NCBI GenBank assembly: GCA_964528735.1
Contig: CAZGUV010000004.1
Location: 5,427-65,364, forward strand
DNA length: 59,938 nucleotides
From: an uncultured Candidatus Saccharibacteria bacterium
GTDB taxonomy: Bacteria; Patescibacteriota; Minisyncoccia; Phycocordibacterales; UBA2100
Direction of reading: 5' to 3'
Shown: in pieces, positions 19,371-28,403 of the stretch
How the letters are laid out: each line of letters starts with the position of its first letter
How positions within the stretch are numbered: position 1 is the stretch's first letter
The notes under the pieces: model-generated
The model's database searches: none
The model's input: the letters and a program-made list of their open reading frames with translations, nothing else
What the model was told of the DNA's origin: nothing
Program-made: the position numbers and the translations under genes

Positions 19371-20095
19371 ATGAGCTTACCTTCCTTCCAGAGTTCGTAT
19401 ATTTTCAATAATGCCCACCCAAACAAAATCGCGCCAATAAAATACCAGTTAAACAACATCTTAAGTACCTGCTCCCCAACAACATACGCAATAGTTCCCC
19501 ACACTGCATTCCATAACAAAAGTGCAATTGCTGACTCAATCATAAATCGAACGAAGGGATATTGAATTACACCAGCAGCAGTGGCAGTAAACGATGCAAG
19601 TCCAGGATTCCAGAAAGACATGAAGATTGCCTTTGTGCCGTAACTCTCAATCCGCTGTCGTGCGTCATTAATCGCAGGTTCAAGTCCAAATCGCGAAAGA
19701 AGTGTATGCCATCCATACTTTCCAAGGAGGTAGTTCACCATGTATGCACTGTACATACCGATAGAGACGACGAGCACGGCGATGACTGTATTTGGTATTG
19801 AGCCAGCAAGTATCACTGTCAAAAAGATGATAAAGCTCCCAGGGAAATACCAGCCGACAAGCAAAAGCCCCTCAAGAAACGCGCCTATGATAGAGACCGC
19901 AAAACCATACATCTGAATCCACTCCTTCAAGAGCGCAATAAGCACATCAGGGTCTGCAGGAATTCCTACCCAACTCAAGAGATATCGAATACCGTACAGA
20001 AGCACGAGCACAAAAAGTGGAATGAGGAGAATCTGCCACCACGTTAAATCTTCAATCGAATCTCTTTGTACTTCGGCAGTTGCGACATCAGACAT
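19367..20095 (-). CDS. DedA/SNARE-associated family membrane protein
   Basis: FLEGLLLVGWYFPGSFIIFL-type DedA core with multiple TMs. Confidence 0.7.
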   Translation of the reverse strand: MSDVATAEVQRDSIEDLTWWQILLIPLFVLVLLYGIRYLLSWVGIPADPDVLIALLKEWIQMYGFAVSIIGAFLEGLLLVGWYFPGSFIIFLTVILAGSIPNTVIAVLVVSIGMYSAYMVNYLLGKYGWHTLLSRFGLEPAINDARQRIESYGTKAIFMSFWNPGLASFTATAAGVIQYPFVRFMIESAIALLLWNAVWGTIAYVVGEQVLKMLFNWYFIGAILFGWALLKIYELWKEGKLI

Positions 20096-20137
20096 GACCA
20101 GAGCATACTCTATATCAGCGTATTTGTCTTGTGTGGA

Positions 20138-21298
20138 TTACGAAAAGAGTCGCGACAGTGGATGACGCCGTTTGCGTATCTGAGATACCACGTAGTGCGC
20201 AGCGACTGCAGAGGCAACTTGAGTCCCCGCTCCTGCAATAATCGCATGGGTTTTGCGGATGCGTACATACGGCAGATACCCCGAACTCAAGGCATACACC
20301 TGCGACCAACAGTGCGAGGTGTGAATTCTCTTTAGTGGGAATAAAGTCTTTAGATAGCGATTGAGGGCTCGCTTATGCGGCTTGTGTACAGAATCGATAT
20401 GCGAACTTTCTGTATACACGTCTCCATACCCAAGCAACAACTCAGATTTCTTTGTTGCTTTCACGTAATGATACGAGCGAAGACCCGTATCGATGAGCAT
20501 GTCTCTATCCAGCAATTTTGCATGCCGCAAATCACGCTTTTGGATTGGTTCAGTGATTGCAATACTGGTGATGACACGCTCTACATGTGCGTCATCTGTC
20601 CACGCGCCACACGCATATATGACATATTGAGCGCGTACTGTACCTGATTGTGTATGGAGTGTAGTACCCTTTCTGCCCACAACAGGTGAGCCTTCAAAAA
20701 TACGCACGCGACCGCTCTCAGTGAGTGCGCGAGCGATACCCCTGAGACACACCAAAGGGTTGACTGATAGTCCAGTACCGAACCGATACCCAAATCGATA
20801 CGGTGGAAGTGATAGCTCACTATCAAACACATTGTCTGCAATCGGTTGTGCGTAAACACCCATAGCACGCTTTGCTTTGAATTCTGAATCGAGCACCTTT
20901 TTGTCTCTGTGTTTAGAACCCACAAAAAGCACATCGTCGAGCTGCGCTTCGCATGGTATTCGATACTTTTTGATGAGGCCATGAATATCTTTGAGTGCTT
21001 TATATTGCGCACGCTGGTAGAGCGCCGCATGGGTTGCGCCGACAGACCGCACCAAAGACTTCCATGATGCTGTCTCAATTTCTGAAACCAACATACCCGC
21101 TGAATACCCTGTCGAACCGCTTCCAATCGCATCTTGCTCAAGAACGACGACAGAGCGAATCCCTGCGCGTATCGCGTAGTGCGCAGCCATAATCCCCGCA
21201 ATGCCAGCCCCAACAATGACGAGTTCTGCCTCGTGTTCACCATGTAATAACGGATACGATCGCTCGTGTGGATTACCCCAGTGAATTTTTTGCCTCAT
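20138..21298 (-). CDS. FAD-dependent oxidoreductase (DAO/glycine oxidase-like)
   Basis: Rossmann motif VIVGAGIAGIMAAHY...VLEQ. 386 aa. Confidence 0.75.
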   Translation of the reverse strand: MRQKIHWGNPHERSYPLLHGEHEAELVIVGAGIAGIMAAHYAIRAGIRSVVVLEQDAIGSGSTGYSAGMLVSEIETASWKSLVRSVGATHAALYQRAQYKALKDIHGLIKKYRIPCEAQLDDVLFVGSKHRDKKVLDSEFKAKRAMGVYAQPIADNVFDSELSLPPYRFGYRFGTGLSVNPLVCLRGIARALTESGRVRIFEGSPVVGRKGTTLHTQSGTVRAQYVIYACGAWTDDAHVERVITSIAITEPIQKRDLRHAKLLDRDMLIDTGLRSYHYVKATKKSELLLGYGDVYTESSHIDSVHKPHKRALNRYLKTLFPLKRIHTSHCWSQVYALSSGYLPYVRIRKTHAIIAGAGTQVASAVAAHYVVSQIRKRRHPLSRLFS

Positions 21299-22086
21299 AC
21301 GTCACGCCTTGGGAACCACGGGATAAACGCATTGGTCTTTCTCGCATACTCATCCCATCCTGGCTTTGACTTCATGTATGCCTCAAGCATTGGAATACCT
21401 GACACATAGAGAAGCAAGAAGGTAACAAGTGCCGGACTGATGAACACAAGCCCTGCGAGCACCTCAGTCGGCATAACTGCACCTGCAGAAAATGCCATAC
21501 CCCACCACATCAGCGCCTCACCAAAATAATTTGGGTGACGTGAATATTTCCATAATCCCACTGTACATATGTTCCCTTTGTTGTCAGGATTCTTTACAAA
21601 TCGATCGAGCTGAAAATCTGCAACTGCTTCAAAGAGAAAACCTACAATCCACACTGCAATACCAGCGTACGCACACCACTCATACCCGATAACTCCATAG
21701 AAGTTTGCGAGCACGACTGGGAGTGAAACAAGAAAGATAATGACACCCTGCAGTACAAATACCTGAAAGAAACTTCGCATATAGAAATACCCCATTGAGC
21801 GCTTGCTCCACTCTTCACGCCACTGAGCGTATCGCCTATCTTCGGGCTTACCATGATTTTTGAAGTAGATACGACATGCGAGCCGTACACCCCAGATGAT
21901 CGCGAGGATGGTGAGTACACAACCAACACCTTGTGCACCACCGAGCACATGAGACACGAGCGCCATAAGCATGACGGCCTTCCCGTACATCACGTCAGCG
22001 ATTGAATTGTCTTTAAACAATATACTCGCGACAAAGCCGAGTATCATGTACGCAACCAAGACCGAAATGAGTACAACAAACATCAT
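21295..22086 (-). CDS. DUF1295 / steroid 5-alpha-reductase-like membrane protein
   Basis: GLWKYSRHPNYFGEALMWWG motif. The start was set at the Met at 22086, which overlaps the upstream stop (ATGA type). Confidence 0.75.
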   Translation of the reverse strand: MMFVVLISVLVAYMILGFVASILFKDNSIADVMYGKAVMLMALVSHVLGGAQGVGCVLTILAIIWGVRLACRIYFKNHGKPEDRRYAQWREEWSKRSMGYFYMRSFFQVFVLQGVIIFLVSLPVVLANFYGVIGYEWCAYAGIAVWIVGFLFEAVADFQLDRFVKNPDNKGNICTVGLWKYSRHPNYFGEALMWWGMAFSAGAVMPTEVLAGLVFISPALVTFLLLYVSGIPMLEAYMKSKPGWDEYARKTNAFIPWFPRRDV

Positions 22087-22493
22087 AAAATAAACGTGCG
22101 CGACGCCCAGACACTTCCAACAGAGACGAGCCCGCACAACACTGTCCCCCACACCATATCAATCAGTGTAATGGTAAGCGGCCAATCTTTAATAGTCGCC
22201 AGGTTGGTGAGATCATACGTCGCGTAGGTGAAAAATCCGAAGAGTGCCCCATAGATAAGTGCCTGCACCAACGAACCCTCTTTGAGGGCAGGGATAATCG
22301 CAAAATACATGAGACCAACAATGAAGAGTGCGTAGAAAATGAAAGCGGCACTCCAGTTCACCGGATCACGGAGGAGAAATCCGAGATACTCTCGATACAT
22401 GTTTTTTGCAATAACTCCAAGCCACACCATGTCAATGGCGAAAAAGATAGGAATAGTAACTAGGTACACATAAAAATACTGTACATACGTCAT
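22083..22493 (-). CDS. DUF2177-like small membrane protein
   Basis: 4 TMs. The N-terminal IDMVWLGVIAKNMY pattern resembles DUF2177. TGA stop. Confidence 0.55.
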   Translation of the reverse strand: MTYVQYFYVYLVTIPIFFAIDMVWLGVIAKNMYREYLGFLLRDPVNWSAAFIFYALFIVGLMYFAIIPALKEGSLVQALIYGALFGFFTYATYDLTNLATIKDWPLTITLIDMVWGTVLCGLVSVGSVWASRTFIL

Positions 22494-22514
22494 AGGACTA
22501 GTGTACCACGTACT

Positions 22515-23198
22515 TTACCGAATAAAGGAGATGGACTCGTATTCAAAGAGTGAGCCCTCGATACCGTAATCGAGAAAAATAACCGTATCTTCATGTCCCT
22601 TCCAGACTTCAAAAATGCGTTGCCCTGACGCAGATATACCATACGGACCGCAGGGGTCAGATGGCTCTTCCTTTGAAATTTCAAATGCGCGCCTCTGTGC
22701 TCCCGTAGGTGCAAATTCGTAGACACTAATTTCTGGAGTTGTTTGTGCAAAGTTTTCGACGAATGCGCAGGTAGACGGCGCATCTGCGCCGACGACTCCT
22801 CCGATGCTCTCTATAGATTTATCGGTTGGCTTCTGAAACAACTTGAGCACAGGGCGTTCGACTTTGTTGTCGATAACAAGTACGAGCGTATCACTATCTG
22901 CCTTTCGGAGTGACCACTTCACACCACTAAACAGACACTCCTCAGCCCAGAGCCCGAGGTCGCGTACCTGAAACCATTTCCATGTGCACCCGTGCGTCTG
23001 ATATTTTGGCTTTGACGGTTGAGTTGTGTCTTCCGTTTCCACCACTTTCACATACCCATCCCCTTGTATATCTGAGGCATCTTTCAAACTTTCACGAGAA
23101 GGGCCACGCATTCCAGTCATGATGACTGCCACCACAAGTCCTACTATTGCAATAAAACCGAGACCGATAAAAATATATCGAACTTTCATACTATTCAT
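22515..23198 (-). CDS. Hypothetical N-terminally anchored exported protein
   Basis: Start chosen at MNSMKVRYIFIGLGFIAIV (TM anchor). Its ATG overlaps the TGA of the upstream mini-gene (ATGA). Confidence 0.5.
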   Translation of the reverse strand: MNSMKVRYIFIGLGFIAIVGLVVAVIMTGMRGPSRESLKDASDIQGDGYVKVVETEDTTQPSKPKYQTHGCTWKWFQVRDLGLWAEECLFSGVKWSLRKADSDTLVLVIDNKVERPVLKLFQKPTDKSIESIGGVVGADAPSTCAFVENFAQTTPEISVYEFAPTGAQRRAFEISKEEPSDPCGPYGISASGQRIFEVWKGHEDTVIFLDYGIEGSLFEYESISFIR

Positions 23199-23338
23199 GA
23201 TTGCACAGATGGTGCTTCGCACACAGTGTCCTCGTGTGCATATCCACCAAGCTGGTAGGCAACATAAAATGTACCTACATACACAACGATTGCGATAATT
23301 TGCGAGTACCAGGTGACGCGCTTCATTTCTATCTTCAT
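23195..23338 (-). CDS. Hypothetical single-TM mini-protein (about 47 aa)
   Basis: MKIEMKRVTWYSQIIAIVVYVGTFYVAYQLGGY. The stop is coupled to the next gene, and the start is placed downstream of the terminator at 23357-23392. Confidence 0.35.
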   Translation of the reverse strand: MKIEMKRVTWYSQIIAIVVYVGTFYVAYQLGGYAHEDTVCEAPSVQS

Positions 23339-23356
23339 AAAAATAGTGTACCACGC

Positions 23357-23392
23357 AAAAAAAGAGCCGTACGACGCGAGTGATCGTACGGC
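23357..23392 (-). terminator. Rho-independent terminator
   Basis: Stem gccgtacga / tcgtacggc, followed on the minus strand by CTCTTTTTTT. Confidence 0.65.
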
Positions 23393-23412
23393 CGCGCGAC
23401 GAGAATCGCTGG

Positions 23413-23682
23413 TCAGAAGTTGAAGAAGACCAGCAGATACATCGAAGCGATGAACGTCACGACCGCGGGCACGAAGACCCACTGACCGTAACGAATGAGG
23501 TCGTTCCTGTTTCTGTCATGCCCCAGGAAGATGGCAGTAGCGCTTGCAAAGATAACGCAACCTGCAGCGAGCGCGAGGCGGACAACTCCTCGCATCTCAG
23601 GCCACGCCAGTGCGGTAAGCACAAGCATGATAAGCGTCACCAGAGCGCTAAAGATGATCGGTAGCTTCACGGCTATCCTCAT
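23413..23682 (-). CDS. Hypothetical 3-TM small membrane protein
   Basis: 89 aa and strongly hydrophobic, with its own terminator. Confidence 0.5.
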   Translation of the reverse strand: MRIAVKLPIIFSALVTLIMLVLTALAWPEMRGVVRLALAAGCVIFASATAIFLGHDRNRNDLIRYGQWVFVPAVVTFIASMYLLVFFNF

Positions 23683-23774
23683 TGTTGCCGTACTCGAATG
23701 ACCCCTATGGCCACCCTTGCAATATCAATTATACCATGAAAATATGTATTTGTCCAGTACCTCCAAAAAAGCCC

Positions 23775-24233
23775 CTATATGCGTATCTGATAGTACTGCT
23801 GCTCTATCGAGTAGTAGCCCTGAGGAATCCCAAACACCTCATTACTCTGATCACTTGAATAGTACCCGTAAAATGGATGCGTGTAGGTAACCATCGGATC
23901 TGAATATCCGTCATACCAGTATCCTCCACTGTAATCTCCCCAGGTGTAGGCTGGATTGACGCGGCCGTACTGTACCCAATTCATCGCTTGTTCCTGCCAC
24001 TCTGGTGCAACGTCTGCATACCCCATCGGGTATGTCTCGACGCGCTCATACTGCCGTGGATCTGGCTCAAAGCGGAGATAGTACTGAGATGGATAGAACC
24101 ACCCCTCGCAACTACCACCCCATCCGCAGAGTGCATATTCTTGGTCATCGTATGGAAAAAGGTACGCAGATGCAGGGACAACTGCGGAAAAAGAAATAAG
24201 CACAGAAATGAGAACGACATGAATCAATTTCAT
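23775..24233 (-). CDS. Secreted tyrosine/tryptophan-rich protein of unknown function
   Basis: Signal peptide (..VPASA|YLF). About 23 Tyr and several Trp in about 130 mature residues. Confidence 0.6.
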   Translation of the reverse strand: MKLIHVVLISVLISFSAVVPASAYLFPYDDQEYALCGWGGSCEGWFYPSQYYLRFEPDPRQYERVETYPMGYADVAPEWQEQAMNWVQYGRVNPAYTWGDYSGGYWYDGYSDPMVTYTHPFYGYYSSDQSNEVFGIPQGYYSIEQQYYQIRI

Positions 24234-24275
24234 GGCAAAACGCTACCCCAAAAAAGGTTCGCACGCAAGAATATC

Positions 24276-24539
24276 CTATTTCTTCCAACGACCAAGTTTT
24301 GGAACCTGGTAACGGCCCATTTTTCTCATGAGCCAGTTAAAGCCCTGGGCTTTCATCGCTTGTTCAACAATATCTTGCATCTGCTCCACCGTACAATCTG
24401 CCCCGACAAAAGCACCGTCTTTATAGCAGAGGCTACAGTAGAGCGTACTCGTAGTACCATCTTTTTCAGTACCACCACCGTTCGGATCTTTGGTAAGTGG
24501 CATGCCACATGATTGGCATTGTTGTGGAAAGTATCCCAT
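24276..24539 (-). CDS. Zinc-ribbon domain protein
   Basis: CQSCGMP ... YCSLCY gives two Cys pairs. The layout resembles the 'putative zinc ribbon' small-protein family. Confidence 0.6.
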   Translation of the reverse strand: MGYFPQQCQSCGMPLTKDPNGGGTEKDGTTSTLYCSLCYKDGAFVGADCTVEQMQDIVEQAMKAQGFNWLMRKMGRYQVPKLGRWKK

Positions 24540-24554
24540 GAGAAAAGTGTACTC

Positions 24555-25790
24555 CTAGAGCGAATCGCCAGCAACCCATCCGCTCGTCCAACAGAGCTGG
24601 AGCGAATAGCCACCTGATGGTCGTCGAATATGCAGAAGGTCTCCCACGATTGAAAGATTGCGTATTTTTTTTGAACGAAATGTTGCCATATCCATTTCAG
24701 TTAAAGGGACACCACCATCAGCGATAACTGCTCTGTCGAGTCCCATCAATCCGTGCACATGGAGCGGAAGTGCTTTCCACCCCTGCACTGCTTTCATGCG
24801 CATCTCTTTGGTAAACGAATGCACTTTGGTGTCTGCACTTATTCCGACTGCATCGAGCAGCTGTTCGGCAGTACCTGGGGGAAGAAAATCGCGCAGTGCG
24901 TTTCTAAGATTTTTATTTTTATGACCATCGAGGTAGCGTACAAGGCGTGTACTGAGTGCACCAATTTCTTCTCCAGAAAAGAGATCGAGCGAGAGCGTCG
25001 TCTCACCAGCATGGAGCGCATCACTAACCCGCGAAGACATATTCAAAATGAGTGGACCTGAGACACCGAAGTGGGTGCATAGTACATCACCCTTCACTGC
25101 ATGTACTTTTTTTCCATCAACCTTGAGAGTCACCCGCACGTTGGTAATAGTTTTCCCACCCAAGCGCTTTATCCATGCCTCCTTCACACGCAACGGCACG
25201 ATGGTCGGTGTTGGAGTATGTACTGTGTGCCCGAGATGCTTGAGCCAGTCGAACCCATCTCCTGTTGAACCAGTTTCTTGGTGCGAGACACCTCCTGTCG
25301 CGAGAATAAAATGCCCAGCTTTAAATGCACCTGCTTTTGTCTGTACTTCCTGTATGTAGTTTCCTTTATGAACAACATGCTCTACTTCAGTACTGGTCAT
25401 CACCGTCACCTTGTGAGCTTGGAGGTACGCACGGAGCGCAGTCACTACATCGCTCGCCTTTTGCGATTTTGGAAACGCGCGTTTTCTCGCTTCGACAACA
25501 AGCGGAAGCTTGAGTGATTCAAAAAATGAAAACGTCTCAGTAACACCGAAACGGCTAAACGGTGTAAAGAGAAATTGCCCTGACTCACCGTAGTGCGAGA
25601 GAAGTGTCCGAGTATCAAACTCTGCGTTTGTGATATTGCACCGTGAACCACCAGTTATCGAGAGCTTTACGCCGAGTTGTTTGTTCTTTTCAATCAACAA
25701 AACTTTTTTGCCTCGCTCTGCTGCGCGCCCTGCTGCCATCATTCCTGCCGCACCAGCACCAAGGACAATCACATCATAGTTCCCTTTCAT
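24555..25790 (-). CDS. HI0933/BaiN-like NAD(P)/FAD-dependent flavoprotein
   Basis: YDVIVLGAGAAGMMAA ... ITGGSRCNITN ... the family-typical C-terminus GGYSLQLCWTSG. Confidence 0.85.
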   Translation of the reverse strand: MKGNYDVIVLGAGAAGMMAAGRAAERGKKVLLIEKNKQLGVKLSITGGSRCNITNAEFDTRTLLSHYGESGQFLFTPFSRFGVTETFSFFESLKLPLVVEARKRAFPKSQKASDVVTALRAYLQAHKVTVMTSTEVEHVVHKGNYIQEVQTKAGAFKAGHFILATGGVSHQETGSTGDGFDWLKHLGHTVHTPTPTIVPLRVKEAWIKRLGGKTITNVRVTLKVDGKKVHAVKGDVLCTHFGVSGPLILNMSSRVSDALHAGETTLSLDLFSGEEIGALSTRLVRYLDGHKNKNLRNALRDFLPPGTAEQLLDAVGISADTKVHSFTKEMRMKAVQGWKALPLHVHGLMGLDRAVIADGGVPLTEMDMATFRSKKIRNLSIVGDLLHIRRPSGGYSLQLCWTSGWVAGDSL

Positions 25791-25829
25791 CCAACAACAC
25801 TAGCCGTATGGGGCAAAAACGCAAGTTGC

Positions 25830-26642
25830 TCATACCCGCTTCGCTCGCGGTATGAAGCGCGTTCCCACATCTTTACCCTGCAGACAATCAGTGAGTACCC
25901 CATCACTCAGTGCGGCAATATGAACATGCATACCCTCTCGCGCAGCTTTTTGCGAAAAGTGGTACTTTGTGAACATACCTCCTCTGCCCTGCGCGGTTTT
26001 TGACGTTGCTATAAAACGCCGCAGTCGAGTATCACTATCGCGTACAATCGCAATACGTTCTGCACCAGGCATACTTGGATCTTTGGTAAAAAAGCCACCA
26101 GACTTCGAGAGGATAATGATTCGATTCGCGTTCATGAGACGTGCGATACGATATGCAAGTTCATCGTTATCAGTAAAGAGCAGTTCCTGTGTCGCAGTCA
26201 CATCATTTTCATTCAGAACTGGAATGACGCGCGATGCAGTCAAAGCTCGCATACATTCGAGCAAATGCCTTTTATGAAGCGCTGTCGTGAAGTCGAGGGC
26301 AGTAACTAATACCTGCGCAACAGTCATGCGATATTCGAGAAAGAGTGAGCTATACACATGCATCAACTCACTCTGGCCAATCGCAGCGTATGCCTGCTTT
26401 TGTGCTGCATCATGTGCTGTTTCGATATGAGGGTGTATCGACTTCCCCATGGCAACAGCTCCTGAAGTAACCAATATCACGGTGTGTCCTGCTCTTGAGA
26501 GCTGTACGAGCTGTTGTGTTAATGAACGTAACCGTTCATGCATGATAAACCCGTGTGCATCCATGAGCATGTTGGTGCCCACTTTTACAACGATGGTTTC
26601 ATGCACAGTTGTCTGTGCTTTGTTTTTCATAGAATATTCCAA
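25830..26642 (-). CDS. proB: Glutamate 5-kinase (no PUA domain)
   Basis: VVKVGTN, VILVTSGAVAMG, PVLNENDVTA, FTDNDELA. Collinear with the ProB kinase domain. Confidence 0.85.
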   Translation of the reverse strand: MEYSMKNKAQTTVHETIVVKVGTNMLMDAHGFIMHERLRSLTQQLVQLSRAGHTVILVTSGAVAMGKSIHPHIETAHDAAQKQAYAAIGQSELMHVYSSLFLEYRMTVAQVLVTALDFTTALHKRHLLECMRALTASRVIPVLNENDVTATQELLFTDNDELAYRIARLMNANRIIILSKSGGFFTKDPSMPGAERIAIVRDSDTRLRRFIATSKTAQGRGGMFTKYHFSQKAAREGMHVHIAALSDGVLTDCLQGKDVGTRFIPRAKRV

Positions 26643-26879
26643 AGAAAAAACTCGTCATTATATGCACTAAATAATAATTGCATACAAGGACGAGGGTTCT
26701 CGTGGTACCACCTTGTTTTTATCTACTTTTGCAAGCAGACACTCTGTGACCTATCCAACAATAGGTCTCGATGGTGTTGTCAGACATCGCTTCTGTTCTC
26801 TTTCGAGAATCGCTCAGTGGGAGGATGCCACATCAACGCGAACATAAAAACGATACCAAGGAGCGCTCTGAGAGTCAAC

Positions 26880-27314
26880 TCACTCAGAGTTTTCAATTCG
26901 CTTTCCTTCAGGGTGAGTCCAGTCAGTAAAACGCCACCAGCGAGGTGTCAGCGTGAAAAAGACGAGTTTGTTTTCTTCGTATTTACCTTGCTTTTCTGGA
27001 AAGGTTTTCATATATATCGCCTTGAGCGTCCCGTCAGTGTCAGTAACCATGCGCGAAATACCATCTACCTGAAGTGTCTTCATTATCTGTTCATCGGTAC
27101 CGACGACCAATGATGCTGGTACGTCTGCTTTTTGTGCAAACGACTCAAGCTTTCTATACTCACGGTAGGTCTCAAAGATAAAACACCCCTGCACATCATC
27201 ATACGCAAAGTGCACTGTAGATGCATGTGGTGTGCCATCGAGCATCTGCACCGCAAGCACACAGATGCGGTTCTCTTTAAGGTACGAGACAATATCTTGA
27301 GTAAATGCTTTCAT
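26880..27314 (-). CDS. Pyridoxamine 5'-phosphate oxidase-like FMN-binding protein
   Basis: 144 aa. The N-terminal pattern ...ICVLAV..DGTPHASTVHF.. is typical of the PNPOx-like split-barrel family. Confidence 0.6.
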   Translation of the reverse strand: MKAFTQDIVSYLKENRICVLAVQMLDGTPHASTVHFAYDDVQGCFIFETYREYRKLESFAQKADVPASLVVGTDEQIMKTLQVDGISRMVTDTDGTLKAIYMKTFPEKQGKYEENKLVFFTLTPRWWRFTDWTHPEGKRIENSE

Positions 27315-27334
27315 ACGCGCAAGAAATGATGCGC

Positions 27335-27829
27335 TTAGTACTCGACAGTGATTGGGATTGAGAGTGACGCGTCAAACTGTGCCTCGCCTGATGGATTATC
27401 TTTCTTCAAGACTATGGTTGCAGGGCCAATGTATGTCTGCGGCGCTGTAAGCTCAACTGAAAACGGAACGAACTCTTCGGTCATCCATTCGCCATCTGCA
27501 AAGGCAACACCTTGTGCAATCTCCTGACCGTTTTGATCGAGGAGCGAGACTGGAAATGATGCTTCAAAGTACCACGGACCGCGAGCCTTTCCCTTTACTG
27601 AAAAGGTCTTCCCTGTCACATCTCCAGGACCAGGAAGGTCTACGACGATATTGTCTTCAGATGCATTCATATACGATGCCTGCTGTCCTTCGATGGCCTC
27701 TACTTCTTCTGTCACTTCAGCTGGCGCTTCGACAGGAGTACTTTGTGTGGTGTACCAAAAAACACCGCCACCGATGAGTAATGCGATAATGAGAATGATG
27801 TATGTCTTATTCATAGAGCTATTGTGCAC
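27335..27829 (-). CDS. Anchored Gmad2-like immunoglobulin-fold protein
   Basis: TM anchor, then FSVKGKARGPWYFEASFPVSLLDQNGQEIAQG...GEWMTEEFVPFSVEL, which matches the Gmad2 pattern. Confidence 0.6.
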   Translation of the reverse strand: MHNSSMNKTYIILIIALLIGGGVFWYTTQSTPVEAPAEVTEEVEAIEGQQASYMNASEDNIVVDLPGPGDVTGKTFSVKGKARGPWYFEASFPVSLLDQNGQEIAQGVAFADGEWMTEEFVPFSVELTAPQTYIGPATIVLKKDNPSGEAQFDASLSIPITVEY

Positions 27830-27862
27830 TCCCCCTCAAAAAGAGCAAGGGTGCGACTGGCT

Positions 27863-28321
27863 TTAGATAGCAATCGACAAGCACTGTTCTCGGGCAAAGT
27901 TGGGGCGGACAAGGAGAGCAAATGAAGGCCGCCCCTTCGCGTCAACGGTGAGCGAAATTGCATTTCCACCAGTGCGAGCGATAGTAAGCCCCTCTCCTTC
28001 GGGATGTGTCGCGACTACAACCTCACCAAGAGTTGCAGTGGCGGTACCGTCTGAGCCGGTAAAGCTAAACCCTTCGCTTGAGTACGAAAGAGTGCAGGTG
28101 CGACCTGACGCTGTGTCAGTAACGACGACGTCTGTGAAAGAAGCCACCGCATCAGGAGGACAGAGGTATCCGTCACCCGCATGGAGTGCACATTTTTTTG
28201 TGTCCACTGAAATCTGTGCTGATGAATGAGCCTCCGGCTCCGTGCTAATTTTTGTTGTATACAAGTACGTACCACCTCCGAGCACTGAGAGAAACAAAAT
28301 AATCGAAATGATGATTTGCAT
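27863..28321 (-). CDS. Hypothetical anchored exported protein
   Basis: N-terminal TM segment, Cys-containing beta-rich remainder, no recognised motif. Confidence 0.45.
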   Translation of the reverse strand: MQIIISIILFLSVLGGGTYLYTTKISTEPEAHSSAQISVDTKKCALHAGDGYLCPPDAVASFTDVVVTDTASGRTCTLSYSSEGFSFTGSDGTATATLGEVVVATHPEGEGLTIARTGGNAISLTVDAKGRPSFALLVRPNFAREQCLSIAI

Positions 28322-28403
28322 GGCGCTATTGTGCCTGTTCGATTTTAAAAGAGCAAGAAATGCATCCGTTTACTCGAATATCGACTACTGCTATCATAGG
28401 CAC

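Noticed and set aside
20581-21243. 220-aa same-strand alternative-frame ORF inside the FAD oxidoreductase gene
   Set aside because: The other frame carries the Rossmann GxGxxG motif and full-length homology. This frame has none.
23988-24512. 174-aa plus-strand ORF spanning two minus-strand genes
   Set aside because: It is antisense to the Tyr-rich secreted protein and the zinc-ribbon gene, crosses their intergenic gap and has no recognisable motif. This is a typical shadow ORF.
26538-27113. 191-aa plus-strand ORF
   Set aside because: It overlaps the start of proB, the whole intergenic spacer and the 3' half of the PNPOx-like gene in antisense. The composition is Cys/Phe/Ser-rich junk and there is no motif.
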